Source: Candidatus Aceula meridiana (lineage in GTDB: Bacteria > Omnitrophota > Gorgyraeia > Zapsychrales > Aceulaceae). Taken from it: a stretch of 64,000 nucleotides of DNA. Shown here one piece after another: positions 49,914 through 58,271 of the stretch (the stretch's first letter is position 1; each line of letters starts with the position of its first letter). Below the pieces are notes generated by a model. It saw nothing but the letters and a program-made list of their open reading frames with translations, searched no databases and had not been told where the DNA came from. Made by a program: the position numbers and the translations under genes. The DNA lies in contig JAVCDE010000024.1 of assembly GCA_030765185.1 (NCBI GenBank), positions 42,975 to 106,974 on the forward strand. The letters run 5' to 3'.

Positions 49914-50462
49914 TTAACCAACAACACCCATACTTGCTGCAGGAGCAATAACAAGCATCGAAATAATAGTAATAACAACTGCTTGGATAACCCACCCAAT
50001 TAAACAAACACCTACGGCACGAATCGTGCTCGTGTAATCAAGGGCTTGACGCACAGCTATAACCATAGCACCCAGCATCCAAAGTCCAGCAATTGTAAAA
50101 ATTATCGGTGCAAAACCAGGGATAATTCCAAAAATACGTAAAACCCCAGGAGCGCTTGCAAAACCAAGAGTGCGTAAAAGTTGTCCTACGTCAGCTTTTG
50201 TCTCTGGCTCCGGCAATATTTTTGTCCCAATAAAAAATACTAAATAAGCCCAAACAAACCATCCAACCAAAGCAGCAACAAGGCCAATAATAACTCCGCC
50301 TATGCCTGCAATAGCAATATTTCCAATGCCAGCTGCCAAACTCGCAAGAAGAACAACGAGCATTGACTCTTGCAGTAGGCTTTTATCCGCTTCGACCTCT
50401 TCGTAAAGAGTCTTGTCAAACTTAGCTGCACGCAGCATTCTTTCAAGAAACTTCGGTAACAT
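49914..50462 (-). CDS. Yip1-domain family membrane protein
   Basis: 182 aa, about 5 TM helices, Gly-rich helices typical of the Yip1/DUF1282 family. Confidence 0.55.
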   Translation of the reverse strand: MLPKFLERMLRAAKFDKTLYEEVEADKSLLQESMLVVLLASLAAGIGNIAIAGIGGVIIGLVAALVGWFVWAYLVFFIGTKILPEPETKADVGQLLRTLGFASAPGVLRIFGIIPGFAPIIFTIAGLWMLGAMVIAVRQALDYTSTIRAVGVCLIGWVIQAVVITIISMLVIAPAASMGVVG

Positions 50463-50547
50463 CCTTATCCTCCTTGTTAAGGTTGGTAATCAACTTTTTA
50501 TATTATAACAAATTTCTTAGAAATAGATAATGTCTCTGAAGAAAGTT

Positions 50548-52419
50548 TTATGCCTTCTTAGGAAGTTCGAAAATAAACTTTGTTCCAACTCCCTCTTCAC
50601 TTTCTAGCCAAATCTTTCCACCATGCAGCTCAACTAAACCTTTTGAAATAGAAAGGCCTAAGCCCGTCCCTTTGGTGCCTACATCAATTTTATGCCCAAA
50701 CTGCTGGAACTTACTAAAAACCTTAACCATGTCTTCTTTAGAAATGCCTGGGCCAGAATCTTCCACCATACATCTAAGATGATCGCCTTGGTCCTCGGCA
50801 GAAACTTCAATAAATCCCTTGGAGACAAATTTTAATGAATTCCCAATCAAATTAATAAAAACTTGAATCATCTTATCTCTATCTGCCTCAACAATAAGCT
50901 CTTCACTTGAAAAACGAGTCTTCATCTCTAAGTCATGGGCTTTAGCCTGCTCCTCAAAACCCTGACAAACTTCTCTAATCACAACAGTAATATCCATAGG
51001 AGCTTTACGCAATTCAACTTTACCGGCTTCAATCTTTGATAAATCTAAAAGGTCATTAACCATCGTTGTTAACCGATTCACATTACTCAAAGAGAGGTGC
51101 AAAAGCTTTTCAGTAATCTCTTTAGTGTTGCGGGTTTTTTCATCTAGAAGCTGAGAAAGGCTCCCCTTGATAATTGACATCGGAGTCCTCAGCTCGTGTG
51201 AAACCATGGAAACAAATTCGCTCTTAAGTTGATCTAATTTCTTCAGCTCTTCCTTCTGCTTTTCTAAAATTTTATTCTTTTCTTTAAGCTGCGAGGTAAT
51301 CATAGCTAAAACTTTAGTCATCTGATTAAAAGCACGCGACAAATCTCCAATCTCATCCTGATTCTTAACTGTTGCAGTTGCTTGGTAATCACCACGAGCG
51401 ACTTGAAGCGAAGCGTCACGAATTCTTAAGATCGGAACCACAAATTCCTGACTCGCAAGATGAACAAGAAATAAAACTAAAGGGATCAAGACGGCAAACA
51501 CCATAATAATTCGATTTCGAAAAACAATAACAGGAGCTAAAGCTTCGTTCGCTTCAACCTCCGTTAAAACACACCACTGTTGATCTGGAAGATAATCTTG
51601 AACACCCAAAACCTTACGACCTCGATAGTTGCGGTATGTCGAGGGCGCTTTTTCTCCTTCAAAACAGGCTTGACTTCCTTTTGTATTTACCGTTAAATTT
51701 AAAACAGCATTAGGCTCAAAACGTGACTCTGTAATCATGCGTTGCTTGCTATCAATAATATAAGTTTCTCCAGTCTTACCTAATCCTTCTTGAGCTTCAG
51801 TAATATCATTTAAAATCTTAGCCGTAGTTTTCAAAAAAACAACTCCGGAGTAATCCCCAGTATCCCAATTACGAACCCCTTCCAAAATTGTTAAAAACTT
51901 CTCCCCGGTAAGCTCATCTCGCTCAAATCCTTTAAAATAAGCCCCCTTCTCATAAAGAATTGTTAGAAATTTAAAAGGCATGCGCTTGCCGATGAGTCTG
52001 CGATTTGTGTTGGCAACGATCTGCCCGTGAATATCCCAAACACTAATATTCTCGATTGCTGACCCTTTATCAATATAGCGATAGTCGCTGCGCGGAGTTT
52101 TTTTAATTTCTTGAAAAACAGATTCAACACTTTTTTGAACCAAATCAATAATACGTGGAGAATTGGACCCTTGTGGATTAAGCTGACGAATAGCATAAGT
52201 CCCTGCGAGTTCTTTCGCCTGCTCCTGACGCAATTGAACAAAATGATTGATGTGCGCGACGCGTGAATCATTAATAGCATGCAAATTGCCAAGCGTGCTT
52301 TGTTTTAACTGGTCTTTAATGTGGAAATAATTAAAGAAAGTAATAATTGAGAGAGGGATAACAGAAATTAAAACAAGTGTGATAAAAAACTTTGAACCTA
52401 ATTTTAGATTTTGAAACAT
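50548..52419 (-). CDS. Sensor histidine kinase with periplasmic Cache-type domain, HAMP, HisKA and HATPase_c
   Basis: Two TM segments flanking a ~270-aa periplasmic domain; H-box SHELRTPMSII; N, G1 and G2 boxes (GTGLGLSI). Confidence 0.85.
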   Translation of the reverse strand: MFQNLKLGSKFFITLVLISVIPLSIITFFNYFHIKDQLKQSTLGNLHAINDSRVAHINHFVQLRQEQAKELAGTYAIRQLNPQGSNSPRIIDLVQKSVESVFQEIKKTPRSDYRYIDKGSAIENISVWDIHGQIVANTNRRLIGKRMPFKFLTILYEKGAYFKGFERDELTGEKFLTILEGVRNWDTGDYSGVVFLKTTAKILNDITEAQEGLGKTGETYIIDSKQRMITESRFEPNAVLNLTVNTKGSQACFEGEKAPSTYRNYRGRKVLGVQDYLPDQQWCVLTEVEANEALAPVIVFRNRIIMVFAVLIPLVLFLVHLASQEFVVPILRIRDASLQVARGDYQATATVKNQDEIGDLSRAFNQMTKVLAMITSQLKEKNKILEKQKEELKKLDQLKSEFVSMVSHELRTPMSIIKGSLSQLLDEKTRNTKEITEKLLHLSLSNVNRLTTMVNDLLDLSKIEAGKVELRKAPMDITVVIREVCQGFEEQAKAHDLEMKTRFSSEELIVEADRDKMIQVFINLIGNSLKFVSKGFIEVSAEDQGDHLRCMVEDSGPGISKEDMVKVFSKFQQFGHKIDVGTKGTGLGLSISKGLVELHGGKIWLESEEGVGTKFIFELPKKA

Positions 52420-52463
52420 ATTTTTATAGTTGGCCCTTTAAAGGTGACGACGCTCTCTAAAAA

Positions 52464-52844
52464 CTACTCCTTCTCATCCTTAATATGGAGAGCAGTTTTG
52501 ATTCTTTGATAAAGATCTTCTAAGTCATAAGGTTTTTTAATGTAATCTTGAACCCCGGCATGCAACACTTGATGAATTAGGGCCTCATCCTCCGATCCGG
52601 ATAAAACAATAACCGGAACCATTTTTGTATTTACAGACATCTTAATATTTTTAAGAATTGTCAATCCCCCTCCGGCAGGCAAATTGATATCGAGAATAAT
52701 CAAATCTGGTTTTATGCTATGTGTCAACGCTGTTCCCTGGATTGCATCATGCGCCACGGAAACTTCAAACCCCTTAGATTCCAAATTCATCTGTAAAACT
52801 GTTGAAAGATCAATATCATCTTCAATAATAAGAATTTTATGCAT
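52464..52844 (-). CDS. Single-domain response regulator (receiver only)
   Basis: ILIIEDD ... DLIILDINLP phospho-acceptor Asp, conserved Lys (KKP); likely start MHKIL, not the upstream Met of the ORF track. Confidence 0.8.
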   Translation of the reverse strand: MHKILIIEDDIDLSTVLQMNLESKGFEVSVAHDAIQGTALTHSIKPDLIILDINLPAGGGLTILKNIKMSVNTKMVPVIVLSGSEDEALIHQVLHAGVQDYIKKPYDLEDLYQRIKTALHIKDEKE

Positions 52845-52860
52845 GAACAACACCTCTTTT

Positions 52861-53241
52861 TTAATTCTGCCCAATAAGATATTTATTAACTTTTGTAATT
52901 AACTCATCGACATCAAAAGGCTTTGCAATAAAATCAGTGGCACCATAAAAATCGTAAGCCTTATTAATAAAATCTTTTTCCATCGGCTGCGCCGTAAAAA
53001 CAATAACAGGAAGATGCTTAATTTCATCATCCAAGCGAATTTCATCACAAACTTGGTAACCATCTTTGTGGGGCATCGCGATATCTAGCATGATTAAATC
53101 CGGCATCTCTTTCTTAATATCTTCTATCGCATTCTTCGAGGAAGAAAATGTGACAACCTCATAGCCATTCTCTTTAAGCCGTGCTTCTGTAACTTTTAAA
53201 ATATCAGGCTCATCATCAAAAATTGCAATTTTTTTTGCCAT
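52861..53241 (-). CDS. Single-domain response regulator (receiver only)
   Basis: IAIFDDEPD ... DLIMLDIAMP, conserved T and K (FTA, AKP). Confidence 0.8.
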   Translation of the reverse strand: MAKKIAIFDDEPDILKVTEARLKENGYEVVTFSSSKNAIEDIKKEMPDLIMLDIAMPHKDGYQVCDEIRLDDEIKHLPVIVFTAQPMEKDFINKAYDFYGATDFIAKPFDVDELITKVNKYLIGQN

Positions 53242-53273
53242 TGTAAGTCCTCCGTCTATTTTTATATTTTAAG

Positions 53274-54224
53274 TTATTCAACATCTGTATCAACAAGACT
53301 TTCATAAAATTCACGATAATTCTCCTTCTTGTCGCTGCCTCGAAGCGCCATAGCAGCCCGTGGATGTTCGTTGAGCATGCCCGCGATAGCGTAAGGAATA
53401 ACATATCCCCACTCAATCTTATCGCGCAAAGGAATAAATTCCTTAGAAATAACATCTAAAATAGGACGAATATCAAACTTAGGGTTCTTTAAAAAGCCAA
53501 TTAAAAGCTCTAAAGGACAATTGCCAGCGGCGCGCCCTATCCCATAAATCGTCGCGTCTAAAAAATTCGTGCCATGAATAATCGCTTCAATGGTGTTGCT
53601 AAACGCCAACTGTTGATTGTTGTGTCCATGATACCCTATCTCTTTAGTTTTGATAATATCTTTAGCCTGCTTAATAAGCTCTTCAACAGACTCTTGGTAA
53701 AAATAACCAAAACTATCCACAATATAAATGGCCTTGGCTGGACACTCTTTTTCAGTTTGATGAAATGCTTCAACAAGGGCAGGGCCCTGATCACGGGAAA
53801 CCGCCATGATATTAATGGTGGTCTCGTATCCCTTTTTATCAAATTCTTGAGTCATGACAATCGCTTTATCAATATCTTTAACATAAGAAGCTACACGAAT
53901 CATATCGACAGGGCTATCTTTCGCAGGCTTAACATCTTCCATATCTACGCGTCCGATATCAACCATAACAGAAATCTTAGCTTTTGATTCAACGCCATCG
54001 ATGACCTTATGAATCACATCATCTTCACAAAATTTCCATAGACCGTATTCCTTTGAAGAAAAAAGCTTCTTAGAATTCTTATAGCCTAACTCAATATAAT
54101 CAACTCCGGATTCCGAAAGCGCTTTGTAAACTTCTCTTACGAAGCGAAGATCAAAATCATGATTATTAATTAATCCACCATCTCGAATCGTACAATCTAA
54201 AACTTTAATTTCTTCTCGGTACAT
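53274..54224 (-). CDS. DRE-TIM metallolyase (HMGL-like; 4-hydroxy-2-oxovalerate aldolase / homocitrate synthase-like catalytic domain)
   Basis: LDCTIRDGG motif; GYHGHNNQQLAFSNT ... GIGRAAGNCPLE matches the DmpG-type His-x-His metal site region. Confidence 0.75.
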   Translation of the reverse strand: MYREEIKVLDCTIRDGGLINNHDFDLRFVREVYKALSESGVDYIELGYKNSKKLFSSKEYGLWKFCEDDVIHKVIDGVESKAKISVMVDIGRVDMEDVKPAKDSPVDMIRVASYVKDIDKAIVMTQEFDKKGYETTINIMAVSRDQGPALVEAFHQTEKECPAKAIYIVDSFGYFYQESVEELIKQAKDIIKTKEIGYHGHNNQQLAFSNTIEAIIHGTNFLDATIYGIGRAAGNCPLELLIGFLKNPKFDIRPILDVISKEFIPLRDKIEWGYVIPYAIAGMLNEHPRAAMALRGSDKKENYREFYESLVDTDVE

Positions 54225-54359
54225 GTTTTTCTCCTCAATGAGGGCGTAGTTTGTGAAACGAAGCGCTCAAAAACTGCATGCCCTAATTGATCCCATTTTT
54301 TCGCAAAACGAAAAATCGGGACAACTAGTATAAATATTAATATATAAATATTAAGATCT

Positions 54360-54388
54360 ATTGTAGGGGCAGAAAAGAATTCTGTCAA
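54360..54388 (-). promoter_or_regulatory. Candidate sigma70 promoter for the DRE-TIM gene
   Basis: Minus strand TTGACA (54388-54383), 17 nt, TACAAT (54365-54360); GAGGAG Shine-Dalgarno before the ATG at 54224. Confidence 0.4.
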
Positions 54389-54690
54389 TTCCCAACTGCG
54401 CTTGATTTAAAATAAAGTTTTTTGTAAGCACAACGATCGTCACCTGGCCAATTCTTGTTCAAGATCTCCCGCAAAGGAACACAGCGAAACACCCTGCCTG
54501 CTTTTGTTTTGTGAAGTCCGAAACGATTGTCGTAGATGTTACAGATATAAATCCCTTTTTCTTTTTCGCTTAAATGCTCGCAGGGGTCTTCATCTTTGAT
54601 ACCACAACACATCCCGCAAAACTGGCAATAAGCTTCCCAATCACGTTCCTTCTCTGCTTGCAACTTTTGATAACGCTCTTGATCGTCCAT
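54385..54690 (-). CDS. YkgJ-family (UPF0153) cysteine-cluster protein
   Basis: 101 aa; CQFCGMCCG CxxCGxCC-type motif plus additional Cys (CEH, CN, C..C). Confidence 0.6.
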   Translation of the reverse strand: MDDQERYQKLQAEKERDWEAYCQFCGMCCGIKDEDPCEHLSEKEKGIYICNIYDNRFGLHKTKAGRVFRCVPLREILNKNWPGDDRCAYKKLYFKSSAVGN

Positions 54691-54710
54691 AATGTTATCG
54701 AAAAAATGAT

Positions 54711-57614
54711 TTAAATTTGTGTCTTAGGGCAAATTTGACTATAAGCACAATATTGGCAGGCATTGAAGTTTGGCCGTGCGTCAAAGATACCCTCCCGAAT
54801 TCCTTGAGATGCCTCCTGCACAGCTTTAAGAACTTTTTCGATATCTTTTGGTGAGGCCTCAGCACGCCCAACTAAGCCAGTTTCTAAAAAATGCAGCTCC
54901 TTATAACTAGGAAGCGCTCCTGTCATCTTTTCATAAGCTAAGCTATAAAGGCTTAATTGTAAATTAGCCTTTGTCTTTTCGTCAGCCTGCTTCTGAGTCT
55001 TAACTTCCGATGATTTAAAATCAATAACGGTCGCGCCTTTTTCAGTCACATCAACACGATCCCAGCGGCCAACAACGCGATTATTTTCAATCATGAAAGA
55101 AAATTCTTTTTCAACATACGAAGGAACGATTCTCAACTTTTCCTGCTGTTGATAAAAGTAACGCAAGGCCTTATCTGCGGCCTTAACACGCATATCAATA
55201 TGTTCTTTAGATAAAAAACCTTCACGCGCAAAAGAATTTCTAAAGGCGTCAACAACTTCGTCCGCAGTAACCGCCTGCCCATCCATCTTTCTCTGATGAT
55301 ATAACTGAACGGCATCATGAAGCGCCTTGCCGTAAGCCACAGTATGATGCTGCATAATGGGAACGTTTAAAATATGCACGTATTTATATTTCAAAGGACA
55401 AGTTTGATAATCATCGATTTGATAATAGCTAAGTTTTAAAATCTCCTCTTTATTAATTTTCTTAACAACCCCTAAGATAGGTGTTGCCGCAGGAGCGTGA
55501 CGTTCGATAGCTTCAATGGCGCTAGATTTAATAATTTCGATTTCGCGTTCTTCTTCAACCGCCTCCTTGACAAAACGGCTGACCTTGCGCATTTGCTTAG
55601 TTCCATAATCAAGTGCTGACGTTAAAAAGAGATTGTCTTTCGCGCGTGTCATCCCCACATAAAACAAACGCCTCTCCTCTTGAATATGAAAATCTCCTAA
55701 AGGAAGGATATCTTTGATAAGCTCTTTAGGAAGTTCAATTGGCTCGCTGCGCCTAGGCCACGGAAACTTTTTTTCCACCAAGCTCACGAGGAAAACAACA
55801 GGAAACTCTAAGCCCTTCGCCTTATGCAGCGTCAAAATATTAATCGCTGGCGTGTCCATCTCAGCCTCGGCAACAGCTGGGTCATCTCCCACGTTAATCA
55901 ACATATCAAGATAACCTACAAAATATAAAACCCGATCTTCCGTTGTGACATATTCGAAATTTTTAACAATGTCAAAAAACCGAGCAATGTTGCGCATGGT
56001 TTCGTCATTTTTAGCGGTTTCTTCTTGAAGCAAATGATTTAGATATCCAGTGTCTGATAAAAAGTTATATAACAGGCGGCCGGTTGGTTCTTGACGAGCA
56101 ATATCCATAAAAGACTCAAGACTCTCGAGCATCTTATCTTTTCTCCCTAGAAAATCTTGCGACAGGTCTGCCAAATCTTTTATCCTCACGACGTTCTTTA
56201 ATGTATAAAATAAATCCCATTGTTTACGCTTAGCAAAATGCATCGCACGCGTTAGATCAACAGCTTCAAGTTGATAGACCCAAGAGGTGGCAAGATAAAA
56301 CAAGCTTAAAGAGTCTGCAGGATTTGCTAAAACTCTTAAGAACGCAATGCATAGCCTTACCTCCGGCCGAGAATAAAGCCCCTGATTACCGCTAAACTGC
56401 CACGGAAGCCCACGCATATTAAGCGAGCGAATAAAAGGATCTGCTGTATTGTTTGATCTAACGAGAATAGCAAAATCATTGTAATCATGTTTCTTTTCTT
56501 TAACCGCCTTATCAATATATTCGGCAACCCAATCAGCCTCTGATGACAATGTATCAAAATGCACGTGCCTTGGCGCGTCACCTTTTTTGTTTTGAGCCTT
56601 TAATCTTTTATTAATTTTTGCCTGAACTTCAAACCGGTCCGGATTATTATTTTGAATCAGTTGATACGCAGAATCCAAGATTAGCTGGCTCGAGCGGTAA
56701 TTCTCAACAAGCGCAATCTTTTCGGCCTTGGGATACTTCTTCATAAAATTAAAAATATTGCTAACCGCTGCCCCACGCCATTTATAAATCGATTGGTCAT
56801 CATCGGCGACCACCGTTAAATTCTTATTTTTTCCGGATAGCAGCTGAACCAATTCAAACTGCGCATAATTTGTATCTTGAAATTCATCCACTAAAACATA
56901 GCGAAATTGTTCTTGATAGTGTTTTAAAACACGCGGATGCTCTCGCAAAAGTTTAAGAGCCAAAAAAAATTGATTGGCAAAATCAAGCTTGCCTTCTTTT
57001 AAAAGAAGCGTCTGGTATTGATCATAACAACGGGCGAGTTCCATCTGGCGGTCAGCCTCTTCGGCTAACGCAGCGTCCTTTTTATCCTTCACAGATTCCT
57101 GTTTTAATTCTTGCGCAAAGCAAAAATATTCCTGTGGTGAGACATCTTCATCGCGCGCACGTGAAAAGAGCGAAATCATCGCGTCAACAAATTTTGTTGG
57201 ATTTCCTAGAGGACGAAAATGCTCGAGTTGAAAATTAAAAAGATGTTCCTGAAAGAATACAGCAGCTTGCGGACGCGTCAATACCTTAAAGTCCGGGTCG
57301 AGGCCCAGCTCCAAAGCGTTTTCGCGTAAAATCCTATCACCAAACGAATGAAAAGTAGAAATCCAGGTATCTGTAAATCCGTACGGCACAAGAATGTCTA
57401 CCTTCTCTTGCATTTGATAGGCAGCTTTATCGGTAAATGTTAAGGCAAGAATTTGAGAAGGGTTTACCTTCTTGTTGATAATAAGATTGGCAATGCGCTG
57501 GGTGATAACTGTAGTTTTTCCGGTACCAGCCCCCGCGATAATAAGCAACGGGCCTTTGTCATGCAGAACAGACTTCTTCTGTTCCGTATTTAGCTTGAAG
57601 GCATCAATATCCAC
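54711..57614 (-). CDS. UvrD/PcrA-type SF1 helicase fused to C-terminal RecB-family (Cas4/AddB-like, Fe-S) PD-(D/E)XK nuclease
   Basis: 967 aa; Walker A AGAGTGKTT, helicase motifs through VDEFQDTN and TLHKAKGLEFPVV; C-terminal nuclease motifs GRWDRVD, VIDFKS, QLSLY and Cys cluster CQYCAYSQIC. Confidence 0.85.
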   Translation of the reverse strand: MDIDAFKLNTEQKKSVLHDKGPLLIIAGAGTGKTTVITQRIANLIINKKVNPSQILALTFTDKAAYQMQEKVDILVPYGFTDTWISTFHSFGDRILRENALELGLDPDFKVLTRPQAAVFFQEHLFNFQLEHFRPLGNPTKFVDAMISLFSRARDEDVSPQEYFCFAQELKQESVKDKKDAALAEEADRQMELARCYDQYQTLLLKEGKLDFANQFFLALKLLREHPRVLKHYQEQFRYVLVDEFQDTNYAQFELVQLLSGKNKNLTVVADDDQSIYKWRGAAVSNIFNFMKKYPKAEKIALVENYRSSQLILDSAYQLIQNNNPDRFEVQAKINKRLKAQNKKGDAPRHVHFDTLSSEADWVAEYIDKAVKEKKHDYNDFAILVRSNNTADPFIRSLNMRGLPWQFSGNQGLYSRPEVRLCIAFLRVLANPADSLSLFYLATSWVYQLEAVDLTRAMHFAKRKQWDLFYTLKNVVRIKDLADLSQDFLGRKDKMLESLESFMDIARQEPTGRLLYNFLSDTGYLNHLLQEETAKNDETMRNIARFFDIVKNFEYVTTEDRVLYFVGYLDMLINVGDDPAVAEAEMDTPAINILTLHKAKGLEFPVVFLVSLVEKKFPWPRRSEPIELPKELIKDILPLGDFHIQEERRLFYVGMTRAKDNLFLTSALDYGTKQMRKVSRFVKEAVEEEREIEIIKSSAIEAIERHAPAATPILGVVKKINKEEILKLSYYQIDDYQTCPLKYKYVHILNVPIMQHHTVAYGKALHDAVQLYHQRKMDGQAVTADEVVDAFRNSFAREGFLSKEHIDMRVKAADKALRYFYQQQEKLRIVPSYVEKEFSFMIENNRVVGRWDRVDVTEKGATVIDFKSSEVKTQKQADEKTKANLQLSLYSLAYEKMTGALPSYKELHFLETGLVGRAEASPKDIEKVLKAVQEASQGIREGIFDARPNFNACQYCAYSQICPKTQI

Positions 57615-57617
57615 AGA

Positions 57618-57806
57618 CTACGGCTTTTTTGTTGGCTTTTTGAATTTATTGAAAAAAGAACACTCGTATTTGCAGGCGATTTCTGGATAAGCACCTTTAA
57701 AATTTTCTGTACACGTATCCATACAAGAAAGGTATAAAATACTAACCGCTCGTATCGTAATCCAGATAATAATAACAATTAAAGCCCATAAAATTTTCCT
57801 TTTCAT
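57618..57806 (-). CDS. Small Cys-rich membrane protein (about 62 aa), hypothetical
   Basis: MKRKILWALIVIIIWITIRAV TM helix then CMDTC ... CKYEC; stop 3 nt before the helicase start (possible operon). Confidence 0.4.
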   Translation of the reverse strand: MKRKILWALIVIIIWITIRAVSILYLSCMDTCTENFKGAYPEIACKYECSFFNKFKKPTKKP

Positions 57807-57983
57807 TTTAACTCCTAAATAAGAACATGATTTACGGATTCGCAAATGACTTAAATCATTCGTGCGAATTTATCCCGTTTTTCACAAGCGAAAGACCGGG
57901 ACTTCCCTGAATAAAATTCATTATAGCAAACTCTCGCATTGAAAAAAACCTGTTTTTAAAGCTGTTTCTCCATAAATTCTCGC

Positions 57984-58011
57984 TTGACAAACCGCCATTT
58001 TCCAGTATACT
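57984..58011 (+). promoter_or_regulatory. Sigma70-type promoter for rpmB
   Basis: TTGACA (57984-57989), 16-nt spacer, TATACT (58006-58011); AAGGA Shine-Dalgarno before the ATG at 58041. Confidence 0.5.
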
Positions 58012-58040
58012 TCTAATTCAAGTAAAAAGGAAAAATCATT

Positions 58041-58271
58041 ATGGCAAAAATCTGTGAAATATGTGGAAAGACCGCGACCGCTGGGCGTCGATACAAACGC
58101 CGTGGTATGGCTGTGCGAAAAGGCGGTGCAGGTCAAAAAATTGTCGGAAAATCCATCCGGACTTTCACTCCCAATCTTCAAAGCATTAGAATCGTCCTCA
58201 ACGGCGGCGTAAAAAAAACTTCTGTCTGCGCCAAGTGTATCAAGGGCGGCAAAATTACAAAAGCAGCCTAA
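58041..58271 (+). CDS. rpmB: 50S ribosomal protein L28
   Basis: 76 aa; CEICGK zinc-ribbon start and L28 family sequence; 3' end overlaps the convergent recJ 3' end by 4 nt. Confidence 0.9.
   Translation: MAKICEICGKTATAGRRYKRRGMAVRKGGAGQKIVGKSIRTFTPNLQSIRIVLNGGVKKTSVCAKCIKGGKITKAA

Noticed and set aside
49907-49999. N-terminal extension MGGLSKQLLLLLFRCLLLLLQQ of the pilin-like ORF
   Set aside because: The prepilin signal (MNLKKGFTLVEL) must be N-terminal to be processed by prepilin peptidase; the extension is read-through of the upstream Yip1 gene's 3' end in another frame.
54197-54388. 63-aa minus-strand ORF between ykgJ and the DRE-TIM gene
   Set aside because: It overlaps the DRE-TIM start and sits over that gene's predicted promoter and Shine-Dalgarno; no RBS of its own; likely spurious.
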